Assembly: GCA_010093815.1 (NCBI GenBank)
Contig: ML996567.1
Strand: one strand, 5' to 3'
DNA from: Pseudovirgaria hyperparasitica
Taxonomy: Eukaryota
DNA length: 64,000 nt
In this document: positions 11,815-23,208 of the stretch, in pieces
Numbering within the stretch: the stretch's first letter is position 1
Layout: each line of letters begins with the position of its first letter
Notes under the pieces: model-generated
Database searches by the model: none
The model's input: only the letters and a program-made list of their open reading frames with translations
What the model was told of the DNA's origin: nothing
Program-made: the position numbers and the translations under genes

Positions 11815-11870
11815 TTCACTCTCACTCACTCACTTACTCTCTCTCTCTTTCTCTCCCTTCTCCCTCCTCT
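11815..11870 (+). repeat. CT/CACT-rich pyrimidine tract upstream of the glycine decarboxylase gene (probable core promoter CT box)
   Basis: The sequence cttcactctcactcactcacttactctctctctctttctctcccttctccctcctct lies about 230 nt upstream of the ATG. Confidence 0.5.
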
Positions 11871-12095
11871 ACAGATCTCAATCCGCTTTGTAAAGAGTGC
11901 AATTGGCTGTGGTTGTGCCAGCAGCGCTCGTCGAAGAGTCATTCACGTCATTTCGGCCGACCTCGTCGCCTGCTAATTACGCCCCACTACATTTTCAACA
12001 TTTCCGGCCAACATTGTAGACGCAAACAGTATCGCACCACGCCAAGGACCCAGTGAGCTCTATAGCTCCAGCAACAGAGAGAAAGCCGACTCAAG

Positions 12096-15000
12096 ATGCT
12101 CTCCTCGTGTCGATCAATTGCGTCCAGGCGCGTCCTGTCGGCGCGTACTACGCCGATTGCCACATGGCGGCTGTCAGGTAGCAAATGTCTGGTTGCGACG
12201 CGAAGCCAAAGCATATACAAGAGGACCTTCTATTCAAGCGCAGAGAAGCCGACCAACGAATCTGCAGATGTAGTCCAAGCTACAAAACACACCCTCGACA
12301 CATTCGCCCGCCGACATGTCGGTCCGTCCTCCGAGTCCGAGCAGAAAATGCTCAGAGCTCTAGACCCTCCAGTCGAGTCGCTAGACGAGTTCATCAAGCA
12401 GGTCATACCACCAAGTGTACTCTCGTCTAGGAATATAGAAGTTGGAACCTCGGGTAAAGACGCACTGCCAGCTCCGTTGACCGAGGAGAGCGCAAAGAAC
12501 GTGCTGATAGATTTGGCGAACGAAAACCAGGTATTTCGCAGCCTGATAGGGTGTGGCTATGCAGGAACCATTGTTCCGGAGGTCATCAAGAGAAACGTAC
12601 TGGAGGGACCTGGTTGGTATACGAGCTATACCCCATACCAGCCCGAGATCAGCCAGGGCCGCTTGGAATCCCTCCTAAATTTCCAGACCATGGTATCTGA
12701 TTTGACGGGACTTGCAATCTCGAATGCGTCAGTCCTAGATGAGCCCACTGCTGCAGCTGAGGCTATGACGCTTGCGGTGAACTCTCTGCCCCCGAAGAGG
12801 CAGAGGAGGCCTACAAAGGTATTCTTCGTCTCGCATCGGTGCCACCCGCAAACCATTGCCGTGCTTGAATCTCGCGCTGAGGGCTTTGGAATCACGATCA
12901 AGGTCGGTGACATCCTTGAGAATGGCGGCAAGAGCATAGACGATATTGGCGAGGATCTTATTGGTGTCATGGCGCAGTATCCGGATACTGAAGGTGGTGT
13001 AGATGACTTTAAGAACATCGCCGATAAGGTGCACAAGCTGGACGGAACGTTCTGTGTAGGAACGGATTTGTTGGCTTTGACTATGCTCACACCTCCTGGC
13101 GAATTTGGAGCGGATGTCGCCTTCGGTAATGCGCAGCGTTTTGGGGTGCCCCTAGGATATGGCGGGCCGCACGCAGCATTCTTTGCCTGTAATGAGAAGA
13201 ACAAGAGAAAAATTCCTGGTCGACTTGTTGGCCTGTCAAAGGACAGACTTGGTAACAGCGCTGTGCGTCTTGCTCTTCAGACACGAGAGCAGCACATCCG
13301 AAGAGAAAAAGCCACGAGTAACATATGTACCGCCCAGGCACTACTGGCTAATATGAATGCTTTCTACGCAATCTACCATGGTCCGAAGGGACTACGAGCC
13401 ATTGCTGAACGCGTACGGTCTTTAGCAAGGCTTCTTCAGGAAGGTCTCATTGGGGCTGGATTCAAGACTGGCAGGCGCGGACAATTGGACAACAAGCCCG
13501 TGGCATTCGACACCGTTGTTTTTGAGAGTGGAAGCCAGACCAAGGACGTTTTGCAGAGGTTGAACAAGGCTAGATACAATGTACGCACTTTCGACGAGAG
13601 CCACCTTGGGATTACTGTAGACGAGGCCGTCACATACCAGACCGTACAGCACCTTCTAAAAACGATAACCGGAAAAGACGTAGGCGAGCAGAGTGGTGTA
13701 AAATCATTTGCTTCCGAAGTACCCAAGCATTTTCAACGAACGTCCGAATACTTGACGCACCCAGTGTTCAACAGCCATCACTCGGAGACGGAACTCCTTC
13801 GTTACATTCATCACCTGCAATCCAAGGACTTGTCTCTCGTTCACTCTATGATTCCACTAGGCTCCTGTACAATGAAGCTGAACGCGTCTACAGAGATGGC
13901 ACCTGTTAGTCTGCCAGGATTCTCCTCAATCCACCCGTTCGCTCCAGTCGAGCAGGCTCAAGGCTATAAGAAGTTGATTGAAGAGCTAGAGGCAGATCTG
14001 GCACACATTACCGGCTTCGACGCTGTATCGCTGCAGCCAAATTCAGGAGCCCAAGGAGAATTCCTCGGACTACGTCTCATTCGCAAGTACCTCGAGCAGC
14101 AACCTGGAAAGAAGCGCGACATCTGTCTTATTCCCATATCCGCACACGGAACCAACCCAGCCAGTGCAACCATGTGCGGTATGAGAGTGGTGCCACTGAA
14201 GTGTGATCCCGTGACCGGTAATCTGGATATGGCTGACCTGGAGGCAAAGTGCAAGAAGCACAGCGAAGAGCTCGGCGCAATCATGGTTACATATCCCAGC
14301 ACTTTCGGTGTGTTCGAGCCGAAGATCAAAGAGGTCTGCGAGATGGTGCACCAATACGGAGGGCAGGTCTACATGGACGGAGCGAACATGAACGCTCAGA
14401 TTGGACTCTGCTCTCCAGGTGAGATTGGTGCTGATGTCTGCCACCTTAACTTGCACAAGACCTTTTGTATCCCTCACGGCGGTGGTGGTCCAGGTGTCGG
14501 CCCAGTTGGTGTCAAAAACCATCTTGCACCGTTCCTGCCCGGCCATCCTCTCGTCAAGACTGGTGGCGAGAAGGCCATCGCACCAATCAGTGGTGCGCCA
14601 TGGGGAAGTGCCAGCATTCTCCCTATCAGCTGGGCGTATATCAAGATGATGGGTGGAGTTGGCTTGACCCACGCTACGAAGATAACCCTGTTGAATGCCA
14701 ACTACATTTTGTCTCGACTTAAGCCCTACTACCCAATCCTTTACACTAACCAAGAAGGACGATGCGCGCACGAGTTCATCTTGGACGTGCGTAAGTTCAA
14801 GGAATCCGCTGGCATCGAGGCTATCGACATCGCCAAACGCTTGCAAGACTATGGTTTCCACGCACCGACCATGTCGTGGCCTGTTGCAAACACACTCATG
14901 ATCGAGCCTACCGAGTCCGAGAGCAAGGCAGAGCTTGACCGCTTCTGTGATGCACTGATCTCCATCCGTAAGGAGATTGAGGCAGTAGAAAAGGGAGAGC

Positions 15001-15302
15001 AACCAAAAGACATCAATGTTCTCAAAATGGCCCCTCATACCATGAGAGACTTACTCCAAAGCGATTGGAACAGATCATATGATCGAGAAGCCGCCGCATA
15101 TCCCCTACCATATCTAAAAGAGAAGAAATTCTGGCCGTCCGTAGCGCGCTTAGACGATGGTAGGCCCCACATTCCCCTAACCTCCATTCCTCATGCCACT
15201 AACACATCCGTAGCATACGGCGATACCAACCTCTTTTGCACGTGCGCGCCCGTTGACGGCGGCGAAGAGATCACTGGCATGGAAGCTCCTCAGCCGACAT
15301 AA
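12096..15302 (+). CDS. GCV2: Mitochondrial glycine decarboxylase (glycine cleavage P protein), one intron at 15160-15213 (about 1050 aa)
   Basis: Arg/Ser-rich presequence; YTPYQPEISQGRLE; ALQTREQHIRREKATSNICTAQAL; MIPLGSCTMKLN; PLP-lysine motif HLNLHKTFCIPHGGGGPG. Splicing restores the conserved DDAYGDTNLFCTC. Confidence 0.97.
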   Translation: MLSSCRSIASRRVLSARTTPIATWRLSGSKCLVATRSQSIYKRTFYSSAEKPTNESADVVQATKHTLDTFARRHVGPSSESEQKMLRALDPPVESLDEFIKQVIPPSVLSSRNIEVGTSGKDALPAPLTEESAKNVLIDLANENQVFRSLIGCGYAGTIVPEVIKRNVLEGPGWYTSYTPYQPEISQGRLESLLNFQTMVSDLTGLAISNASVLDEPTAAAEAMTLAVNSLPPKRQRRPTKVFFVSHRCHPQTIAVLESRAEGFGITIKVGDILENGGKSIDDIGEDLIGVMAQYPDTEGGVDDFKNIADKVHKLDGTFCVGTDLLALTMLTPPGEFGADVAFGNAQRFGVPLGYGGPHAAFFACNEKNKRKIPGRLVGLSKDRLGNSAVRLALQTREQHIRREKATSNICTAQALLANMNAFYAIYHGPKGLRAIAERVRSLARLLQEGLIGAGFKTGRRGQLDNKPVAFDTVVFESGSQTKDVLQRLNKARYNVRTFDESHLGITVDEAVTYQTVQHLLKTITGKDVGEQSGVKSFASEVPKHFQRTSEYLTHPVFNSHHSETELLRYIHHLQSKDLSLVHSMIPLGSCTMKLNASTEMAPVSLPGFSSIHPFAPVEQAQGYKKLIEELEADLAHITGFDAVSLQPNSGAQGEFLGLRLIRKYLEQQPGKKRDICLIPISAHGTNPASATMCGMRVVPLKCDPVTGNLDMADLEAKCKKHSEELGAIMVTYPSTFGVFEPKIKEVCEMVHQYGGQVYMDGANMNAQIGLCSPGEIGADVCHLNLHKTFCIPHGGGGPGVGPVGVKNHLAPFLPGHPLVKTGGEKAIAPISGAPWGSASILPISWAYIKMMGGVGLTHATKITLLNANYILSRLKPYYPILYTNQEGRCAHEFILDVRKFKESAGIEAIDIAKRLQDYGFHAPTMSWPVANTLMIEPTESESKAELDRFCDALISIRKEIEAVEKGEQPKDINVLKMAPHTMRDLLQSDWNRSYDREAAAYPLPYLKEKKFWPSVARLDDGRPHIPLTSIPHATNTSVAYGDTNLFCTCAPVDGGEEITGMEAPQPT

Positions 15303-15683
15303 TACGAAAAAAGAATTCAACATGCCTTCCACCTTTGCATAGCAGGGCTCGGCGTTTCAACACTGGGAAATACCCAATTATATTGTACGATTTGATTCAT
15401 CTCAATACGGTTCGGAGAACGGCGCTTTTGGGTTTGGATATAAATACGGCGTTCAACAATCATAGATCTGGACCGTGAGATGCCTTCTTAACAGGGCGAA
15501 ATAGATGGACGATGGAGAGACCCTGAGGAATAGGCATGGATATAACATTACCGTACAGAGGTGAAAGCAAGTATGTAAGAAATACAACAGTCCACTTTAT
15601 ATATCTCCCTATCCGTCACCCCTCATCCTACCAGTCTAAATCTTTGTAACAACCCCCTCCCCACCCCTCCCACACAAGTCCTT

Positions 15684-16070
15684 CTAGTTATCACAGACCC
15701 GCACAATCACATCCTCCCCATTCATCTCCGAACCTTTCAAATCCAACCGTATCGTCTGCCGACACGCAAAGCTCCCATCAGCAGACACTCCACTGGGCAG
15801 TTTGTCGAGCAGCACCTTGCACACGCGTCCGCCCTCCGGCAGCCCGGGGTATCGCAGCTCGACGACGCTGCCGGTGACGGGTATGACGTGTACCGGCGCA
15901 AATGCCGTGCCAACGGTGCAGGGCCGGACGCTAGAGCGACTGTGTACGTCGGCGGCGTGAGAGGGGTCAAGGGGGTCGATGGGGGCGAGAGGGGTGAGGG
16001 CCGCGAGAGGAGTGGCTAGGGCGAGAGGGAGGAGGGTGAGGAGTGAGAGGATGAGAGTTGAGCTGGGCAT
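15684..16070 (-). CDS. Small secreted protein, 128 aa, 4 Cys (effector-like)
   Basis: Hydrophobic signal peptide MPSSTLILSLLTLLPLALA-TP and a good start context (aacaATG). The mature part has 4 Cys and alternating hydrophobic, beta-strand-like segments. Confidence 0.7.
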   Translation of the reverse strand: MPSSTLILSLLTLLPLALATPLAALTPLAPIDPLDPSHAADVHSRSSVRPCTVGTAFAPVHVIPVTGSVVELRYPGLPEGGRVCKVLLDKLPSGVSADGSFACRQTIRLDLKGSEMNGEDVIVRVCDN

Positions 16071-17157
16071 TGTTGTTATTGTTGTTGGTGGTGGTGTTGC
16101 GTTTGTTGAGATGAGCGAGGCTTGACTGGGGATTATAAAGTGAATGAAGTCTGATATGGTGTTTGGGACAGTATTTGATGAGTGTTTGTTATAGACGTTC
16201 TCAAGCAGATGGATGGATGATACAGAATATCAAAAGATCCGGCGCGAGACAATGATATATAAACTCGACATATCTTCTCCTCACCCATTCATCACCAGCA
16301 CAAACGCCCTCTTCTATACCATCAATCTTCTAAACCCTGTCTCTCTCAACATACCCCATATCCCCTCCGCCACTCTCATCAATACTCACAAACAAACAGA
16401 AAAGCCGTGTCACATTATCGCGCGCGCAACGAGCTCGCCAGGTAACCCTGCACACATACATGCACATACACACGCACACACGCTTCATCAAGGAAAACCT
16501 TCTTTTAGCTACGGAACTACGGCATCGCCAATTGATAACCTGCTGTGCTGCGCTCCATATTTAGCATCGAACATACTCGTTCCATGCTTGCGCTCGTGAT
16601 GATTTTCTCCGGGTACGACTCATCCCACACTAAGAAATACTGGGACGGGGGGGTGGAGTGGTGATTGGGCATGGGAAGGTTTGTTTTGATTTGACGAAAC
16701 GAGGGGCGCTGCGGTGGGTGGTTGCGGCGCAGCACTGCCGTACGTTGGACGGCAGACATGTATTCCGGACATGGATGGGACTGTAGAGGTTGAGGGGGGA
16801 TCGGGATGTATATGTCCGCAGATTCTACGCGCGAGGGGTGGGACATGGAGAGGTTTATGGGACGAAGAGCTTTTCTACTGTGTGTTCCTCGTGCAGAGGT
16901 GGTGCTGCTGATGGGACTTCCCATTTAGGAAAGGCTTCAATTCTGCTGGGCGTTGTTCCCCGCAACATATTCCAAGGTGATCGGAAGTCCCGATGTCGCG
17001 CTCATACTCTCCTTCACCATACTGTCATGTTCTTACTCTATTATGCCCTACTAGTAGCTTCCCAATCCAGCCACGCTTCGAACGGCGTCAAAATACTGCA
17101 TCTCGTCGATAGCCGCTGAAAGAACTCACAAGTTGTCTTCATCAATTCTGCCAGCCG

Positions 17158-18414
17158 ATGCGCAATAATCTGAAGAACCCGGCTTCTTGGAAACCTGCAC
17201 CGCCCACCGATCCCAAATTTACGACAGAACTCTGGAGCACAGTCCGCAGCATGAGCGCAAGCTCTTCTATACCAATCGGTACAAACCCAGGGAGGAGAGG
17301 CAGAAAAGCTGGCACTCCGAGCACGAGGAATGTTGTAAGGGAAATACCTCATTCTCCTCCATCAACTACCTTAGAGATCGCATCGATCGCCGAGTCCTCT
17401 ATCACTGCAAAGAGCTCGACGAGGTCAAAAGCACCAACCGGACCTCGCAACATTCGATTTGAAGAGGAAGTGCTTCGGCGACATGGGATCGAAATTGACC
17501 GCTCTAAGCGCCCAACATCGGGTCCATTCGACTATTTCGGTACGAAGCAAGACGACTATACCACAATAGACAGCCTCAACCACATTACCATCTGGATGGC
17601 CGCAAGCAACGAGGAGCTCCAAGCGATCGCGAACGAATACACAGAGATGATGCGTCAGAAACTCTGCGAGGATGAGTACGCGACTTTTGCGAAAGAAAAT
17701 CTTTTAAAAGGCCCACGGCGCGCTGGCTATGTCGCCGAAGACGGCCTGTTCCGTATCCAACGCCTAGTTAACCCCTTCCTTGCACCTGACCATTCCAATC
17801 ACTGGGTCGTACCGCCGAAGATGATCGAAGACGGGGCTGATTGGAGCTGGGATATCAGACCGGACTGCTCGTACTGGTTATCGCTTCGGGGCTTCAACGA
17901 GGACTGGCGATCGCAGGTGGAGGACGTTACATATGTGAAGAAAGTCGTTGCATGCCCATACTTTACGGTTGAGTTTAAGCGCGATGGCGAGCCTGACGAT
18001 GTCGCAATTAAGCAGGTCGCTGCTGCCGGGTCAATTGCCGTTTACAATCGGTTTCACTTACACCGAAACGCCCTACAATCACACGCCCTAAAGAAGTCCA
18101 TCGTCTGGACGCCAACTCCTGCCGCCGAGATCCGCCACTTTGGCCTCACATTCGTCGGTAGCACCTATGCGCTCTGGGTGCTTAGGCCTGCCACTACGGA
18201 GGGAGGAGACTGGGCTGGGTGTACGATGGAACGGCTGCGTGGTGGAGACTGCGAAGCAAGTGTTCATAACACAAAAGTTTTGTTGGAATGGATCAATGAG
18301 ATCCATCGATGGGGTGTGACAGTGCATGGGCCGGCATGTAAAGATGAGATAAAGGTGTGTCTGCAGCGCGATGGGGTGAGAACATCTGACATAGGGAGCA
18401 ACTGTGGCTCATGA
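17158..18414 (+). CDS. Hypothetical protein with PD-(D/E)xK nuclease-like motifs, intronless, 418 aa
   Basis: Long ORF with DIRPDCSYWLSL ... CPYFTVEFKRD ... IKQVAAAG, a PD..ExK..Q spacing. The N-terminus is low-complexity, basic and Ser-rich. Confidence 0.65.
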   Translation: MRNNLKNPASWKPAPPTDPKFTTELWSTVRSMSASSSIPIGTNPGRRGRKAGTPSTRNVVREIPHSPPSTTLEIASIAESSITAKSSTRSKAPTGPRNIRFEEEVLRRHGIEIDRSKRPTSGPFDYFGTKQDDYTTIDSLNHITIWMAASNEELQAIANEYTEMMRQKLCEDEYATFAKENLLKGPRRAGYVAEDGLFRIQRLVNPFLAPDHSNHWVVPPKMIEDGADWSWDIRPDCSYWLSLRGFNEDWRSQVEDVTYVKKVVACPYFTVEFKRDGEPDDVAIKQVAAAGSIAVYNRFHLHRNALQSHALKKSIVWTPTPAAEIRHFGLTFVGSTYALWVLRPATTEGGDWAGCTMERLRGGDCEASVHNTKVLLEWINEIHRWGVTVHGPACKDEIKVCLQRDGVRTSDIGSNCGS

Positions 18415-19609
18415 GGAAATCGTGGATTAAACAGAAACCTGAAGCACGGATCACCGCACTCCTTTGTCTCCTACGAACTGTTTGATCTCGTCTTGGTTCC
18501 TGCAGTAGCAAGGAATCCGGTTCACATGAAGTATCTTATGCTCTCGTTGGCAAGCATACAACCTCAGTCTCTACTATTGTGTGTGTACTGAGAATTTGAT
18601 CGCCTCTGGCAAAAGCCTGGCTTAGGCACGGGGGAGGGGCGGACTCAGTCATGAACAGAAGCTCTTCATACTTGACATCAAGCAATGAGAATTCAAGTGT
18701 CCTCATAGGGAGTGAGTGAGTGAGCTAGTAGAGCTAAGTAGGTATGTACTCAATGACTGTATCTGCCGTGCCCGAGAATGAATGTACAGTACAACACCAA
18801 GCAGTCAATGTGCCGCATCAGTATGAAAGGGCCATGACTAAGAAGCAGTATTGAGAGAGCACTGCACCACACACGAGATGAGCAGCAGTAGGAAATCCAC
18901 GTTTAACCTGTACTGTATTCTAGCGCCAAGACCAAATGCCCCCCCCCTTTCGAGTCTCGAGCTTGTACCTAAATAATTAGAGTCTGCGATCTAATAATAC
19001 ACATAAAGTAGTAAGATTAGCGCCCGATCGCGCGTGGCTGGGGCATGGATGTTCGCTGTTCCAGGCCCTGCGTGCTGCTGGCTGCTGCTGCGCCGTCAGG
19101 GGGAAAAAGGCCAGGTTCCTGGGCCATGCTTGAGCATGCATGCATGCGCACAGCTGAGCCTGAAACTCCCGGATCGTGAAGAAGACCCACGATTCTAGGC
19201 GATCGGATTAGCATGCATGGCTTAATGATCCAAGCCAATATAATGACTCCAGGATGTTGGGTAAGATGTGGCGCAGCTAGACAGCACGAGAATAAAGTCA
19301 GAAGATCGACAAAAGTCGAGACGAGTGCTTGGGCGCGCATTGACTCAGCACTGGTTTTGGCGCTGATTTACGTAAATTGTATGCTACATTGGAGTTGATT
19401 AACGAAAAGATGCTTGAGAAATGTGTCTATTAAAAACATCTACCCTGTTCTCTTTCAGCGGCTGTAAGCGCCAGGGATATCTCTGCTATGCCACGTCTCT
19501 CTCCCAACCAACTCCAACTGCCAAACTGGTTATATGTCGCGTCATAGCTGCCAAACAAAAGAAATTGCATACAATGAACGAACTGTAAATATGGGGAAAT
19601 AGACGTCGA

Positions 19610-19669
19610 TGAATGAATGTGCACTTCTGTGCTACCTGATCTACGCCAGGTGGCCAGCAAGACTCCGCA
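19610..19669 (-). repeat. Diverged direct duplicate of the last 20 codons of the LITAF gene (original at 19781-19840)
   Basis: The copy encodes CGVLLATWRRSGSTEVHIHS versus CGVLLATWHRSGSTEVHIHS in the gene. The offset is 171 nt. Confidence 0.9.
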
Positions 19670-19777
19670 CTCGACTTTTGGTTTACAACACGGGACTGTC
19701 CCCTTGGGAGCCGCCCAATATCATTCAAAAGACATGCAAGTTAAAGAACGACAAAAGTCATCTCGCGTATTCAATGA

Positions 19778-20377
19778 CTAGCTGTGAATATGCACCTCAG
19801 TGCTACCTGACCTGTGCCAGGTGGCCAGCAAGACGCCGCAGCGTCCACACTTATGTTGGACATCTTTCAGCGAGTTCATCAGGTAGGGAATGCAGCCGAG
19901 ACAGACGAGACAGCACAAAGCGAGTGCCCAGGCGCTAAAGCATAGTTAGCAAATATGCCGCGGCGAAGCGTGGCGCACGAAAGTCTAAACTTACTGTGTG
20001 GAGTTACCAACTTCATAGTTGATGCTGCTCATGGCGCGCTGGCCACAGGCAGGGCAATCTACAGGTGCAGGGCCACGTCCGAGTGAGGCAATAGGGGTTA
20101 CATTCTGGAATTGACGTTGCTCGGTGCCTTGCATCATCTGGGATTGAGCGCCGGGTGTGTGCGCTTGAGGAGCGGGCGAGCCAGCAAATTGACCAGCTGG
20201 AGGTGAGCCGGCATATTGGCCAGTATGTTGAGGCTGTTGTTGGAAGTACTGCGGCTGGCCAGTCTGTTGATGCTGCATGGGAGACTGAGCTGGGTAGCCC
20301 TGAGGAGGAGCATACGGCTGTCCTTGGGGAGGAGGGCTGTTTGGGTCGTGATATACGGGCGGTTGTTGAGAATGCAT
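19778..20377 (-). CDS. LITAF-domain (zf-LITAF-like) membrane-associated protein, 2 exons: 20377-19995, 19934-19778 (179 aa)
   Basis: Pro/Gln-rich N-terminus, then PAPVDCPAC ... hydrophobic segment WALALCCLVCLGCIPYL ... KDVQHKCGRCGVLLATW, i.e. two CxxC knuckles flanking a hydrophobic stretch. Intron 19935-19994 is GTAAGT..GCTAAC..TAG. Confidence 0.9.
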
Positions 20378-23208
20378 CTCAGTGGCTTGAGGGTAAGTGG
20401 CTCCTGATCCAACAATAAGCTTGTGCCGAACGAAGAAGCGCGAACCATTTTGCGAATTGCGTACCTTGCTTCTCCATTGTGAACGAAAAGTTGTCTTGTT
20501 AAATTAACGGTATATCTGGTACTGTGGGCGTGGCTGAAGTTGAGGGTTGAAAGTATCGGAGAGAACAAAAGTCGTGTAAAGTTGGGAATAAGGACCTATA
20601 TATTAGGACCGGGTACAAATTACAAGGCTGAGCGAAAGGCCCACGGTTCGGCCCCAATTGGCCAAAAGTTGAGCGCTTCACCACCACCGTCTGGCTCCCC
20701 TCCCGTATTCTGACTCTGGAACACACAATCTATGCACGCTGGACCTCAGCTCGTTGCCCTTAACAGTGGAGTTGGCGTGGCGGAGGGGCCAGCTACGGAC
20801 CCGCTGATTGGCTGACTGCTGCGGATCAGACACGCTAGTCAGATCTGGTCAGATTCCTCCTAGGCCGGCCGCCGCGAGAGCCACAAGGCAGAATTGGGGT
20901 CGATAAACGGACAAGTCGTCTTGCACGCGCCCAATGACCATCGTTGTGGGCGCATGAGGATGAAGCAGAACTTACCTGCATATCTGGCTAGACGTTCTCC
21001 TTGCATCTCCTCATAGCAGCTAGAATCGTCTGCAGCTATTGTCTCGTGTTCGGCAGTGCGAGCTCCAACCGTAGTCATTTGCGTTGTTCCAGTCTTCCAG
21101 ATGGACTGGATGCCAATGCACTATTTAACGTCCGAGGAAGTAATTGGGTATCTTTGTGCAACCAAAAAAATGCCCGTTCCTATATCATGTCGGAATCCCC
21201 TCTGCGCCAGGGATCGGAAACGCTTGACACTCCTCCATAGTGATAGCCTCTGATGATGCCGAAATAGAAGACGCCGGGAACTGACAGCTTCAGGGTTTCG
21301 TTCCTCAAAGTAGTAATCGCGGTAGTCCTATCATATCTTATACGTTAGACCCCTGGGCTGCTAAAGCTCTAGTATGCCACCCAGTGAACATACACCCCAA
21401 ACTCGGTGTTCCGGTATACTCTGTCTTCATGTCCATCATGGCTTGCAACGCATTGGTCTCTCCGCATCCAAATGCTCTTTCATACATTGACTCTGAAGAA
21501 GAAGCCATAACAATTTAACGACGGATGTCACCGTGTTCCATGTCCCAGTAGCCACGGCGCGTGGCTGTGAGAGTCGGCTGCAGGTAGGGTCCAGTCCCAC
21601 CTTTAGCACTAGCCAAGTACAGGGGCAAGCGAGCTCTCAGCTGTTGAGTATCGCGTCCAGTTTCGACACCATCTTCTTGAGATGCTTCATAGCATAAGCC
21701 ACTGTCGAAAATCGCCATGCCTCAGACTAGCCGGAGCTGAGGAAGGCATCGACGCGGGCTATATCTGGTGCCTGCGAAAACAGGGCTCTAAATCATATTA
21801 TAGCCTTGTGTCTGTGAGAGTTGGGACTATGTGGTAGGATGAGGTGATCAAGATCCGGTCGAAGAATGACAGTCACAGAGGGTCCTGCTGACCGTAGATT
21901 TGATTGAGACTTCAAAGCAAAACAAGGAAACATACGACAGTGGACGTTGTGAGGTGGGGCCACTACCATTTATATGTGCGGACACAACCACAACAAGGTA
22001 CTCAAGTGCAACTTCCATGTGGTCCCTTGGTCCCAGGCTAGCGCCTCGTCGCAATACGCGTACAGATCACGAGAAGACGTAAGCAGGTTGAAGTGCCAAC
22101 ATGTAATTAAGCATCTTTAGAATCTGCTTATGTGTTCGAGCAGTACGAAGAACCTAAGAATGGAACATATAGCCATCTGCTTCATCAGATGCGATAATGT
22201 TGGCTACAGCCATGTCGTATGATGTCCACTTGTCAGTTAAGTCATGATGGAAGCCAGGATGCTCGTAAGTGTTTGTTCTAGGATTCCTGGCCTCCTCTGT
22301 TCCACTCGTGACTATCATTGCAAAATTAGAAATTCGTCATGCTATTTGTCCTGAGGTCGTTTTCCTCTAATCGCTTTGTTTAACTCCTCTGCTTCGTGCA
22401 CTCAATTTGTCTCATCTGTGCGAGACCGCAACGAAATACTGCTTTGATTTCATTGAGACAAATGGCGCGGCAATCAGACCCTCGCGTCCACTCTCAAACA
22501 GTCATACCCGCAAGTGAGTCAAACTGAATGCCGAGAGGAGTCGATCGAAGAAATGGTAGGAACAGATAGACCTAAAGTATCCGACATTGGAGTATAAGAT
22601 TTTCGTTACTACACCTTCATGAATGTGTGTGAACTGAAGAAAGCAGTTCAGTCATTATCCACGTAGACAAACACCGAACGCAGTAGATTGTGAATTGGCG
22701 TCACGGATAGGGTTGTCAGCACTAGGCTTGCTTGAAGCGCGATATATCTATCGTACGACACAATAAAATGTCTCCGGCATTTCGTAAGATGCTTACGCGT
22801 CTATGTGTGTCTACGGCTTCACTGCACATTCATCGCTGGCTGTCTGTATTAAAGCCGATTTGTATTCAGAATGATTACTGTTGAATAGAAGCACTCTAGG
22901 AGTAGAATATAAACTTCGGGCATAATGCAGGGCGGGCCGGAGCACCCCTGGAAGCTTGCACCGAAGGGGGAAGAGCCGAGCTCCAAACGCGACAACAACC
23001 TCGCTCATCTTCGGCGCTCGAGTTCGGGGATGTGGAACATGGAATCAGTATACTCAAATGTTCTGCGCTTTTCTCAGTACGCGTCAACAAAACCAATCGC
23101 AATGGCGCCGCCCTCGGTCTCCATCTCTCAACATCCTCTAACATTTCACTTTTCATCTTCCAAAGATCACAGCTTGTTTGCTCGCGTGCCCAAGCTTGAA
23201 TCCCCGCC

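Noticed and set aside
14070..15038. 322-aa antisense ORF inside GCV2 (and similar antisense ORFs in GDT1, ARP9, the peroxidase and TOF1)
   Set aside because: These are shadow ORFs caused by codon bias of the sense gene and have no recognisable motifs.
21000..22700. Short ORFs between the LITAF and pantothenate kinase genes
   Set aside because: No motifs or consistent splice model; possibly decayed coding DNA but unsupported.
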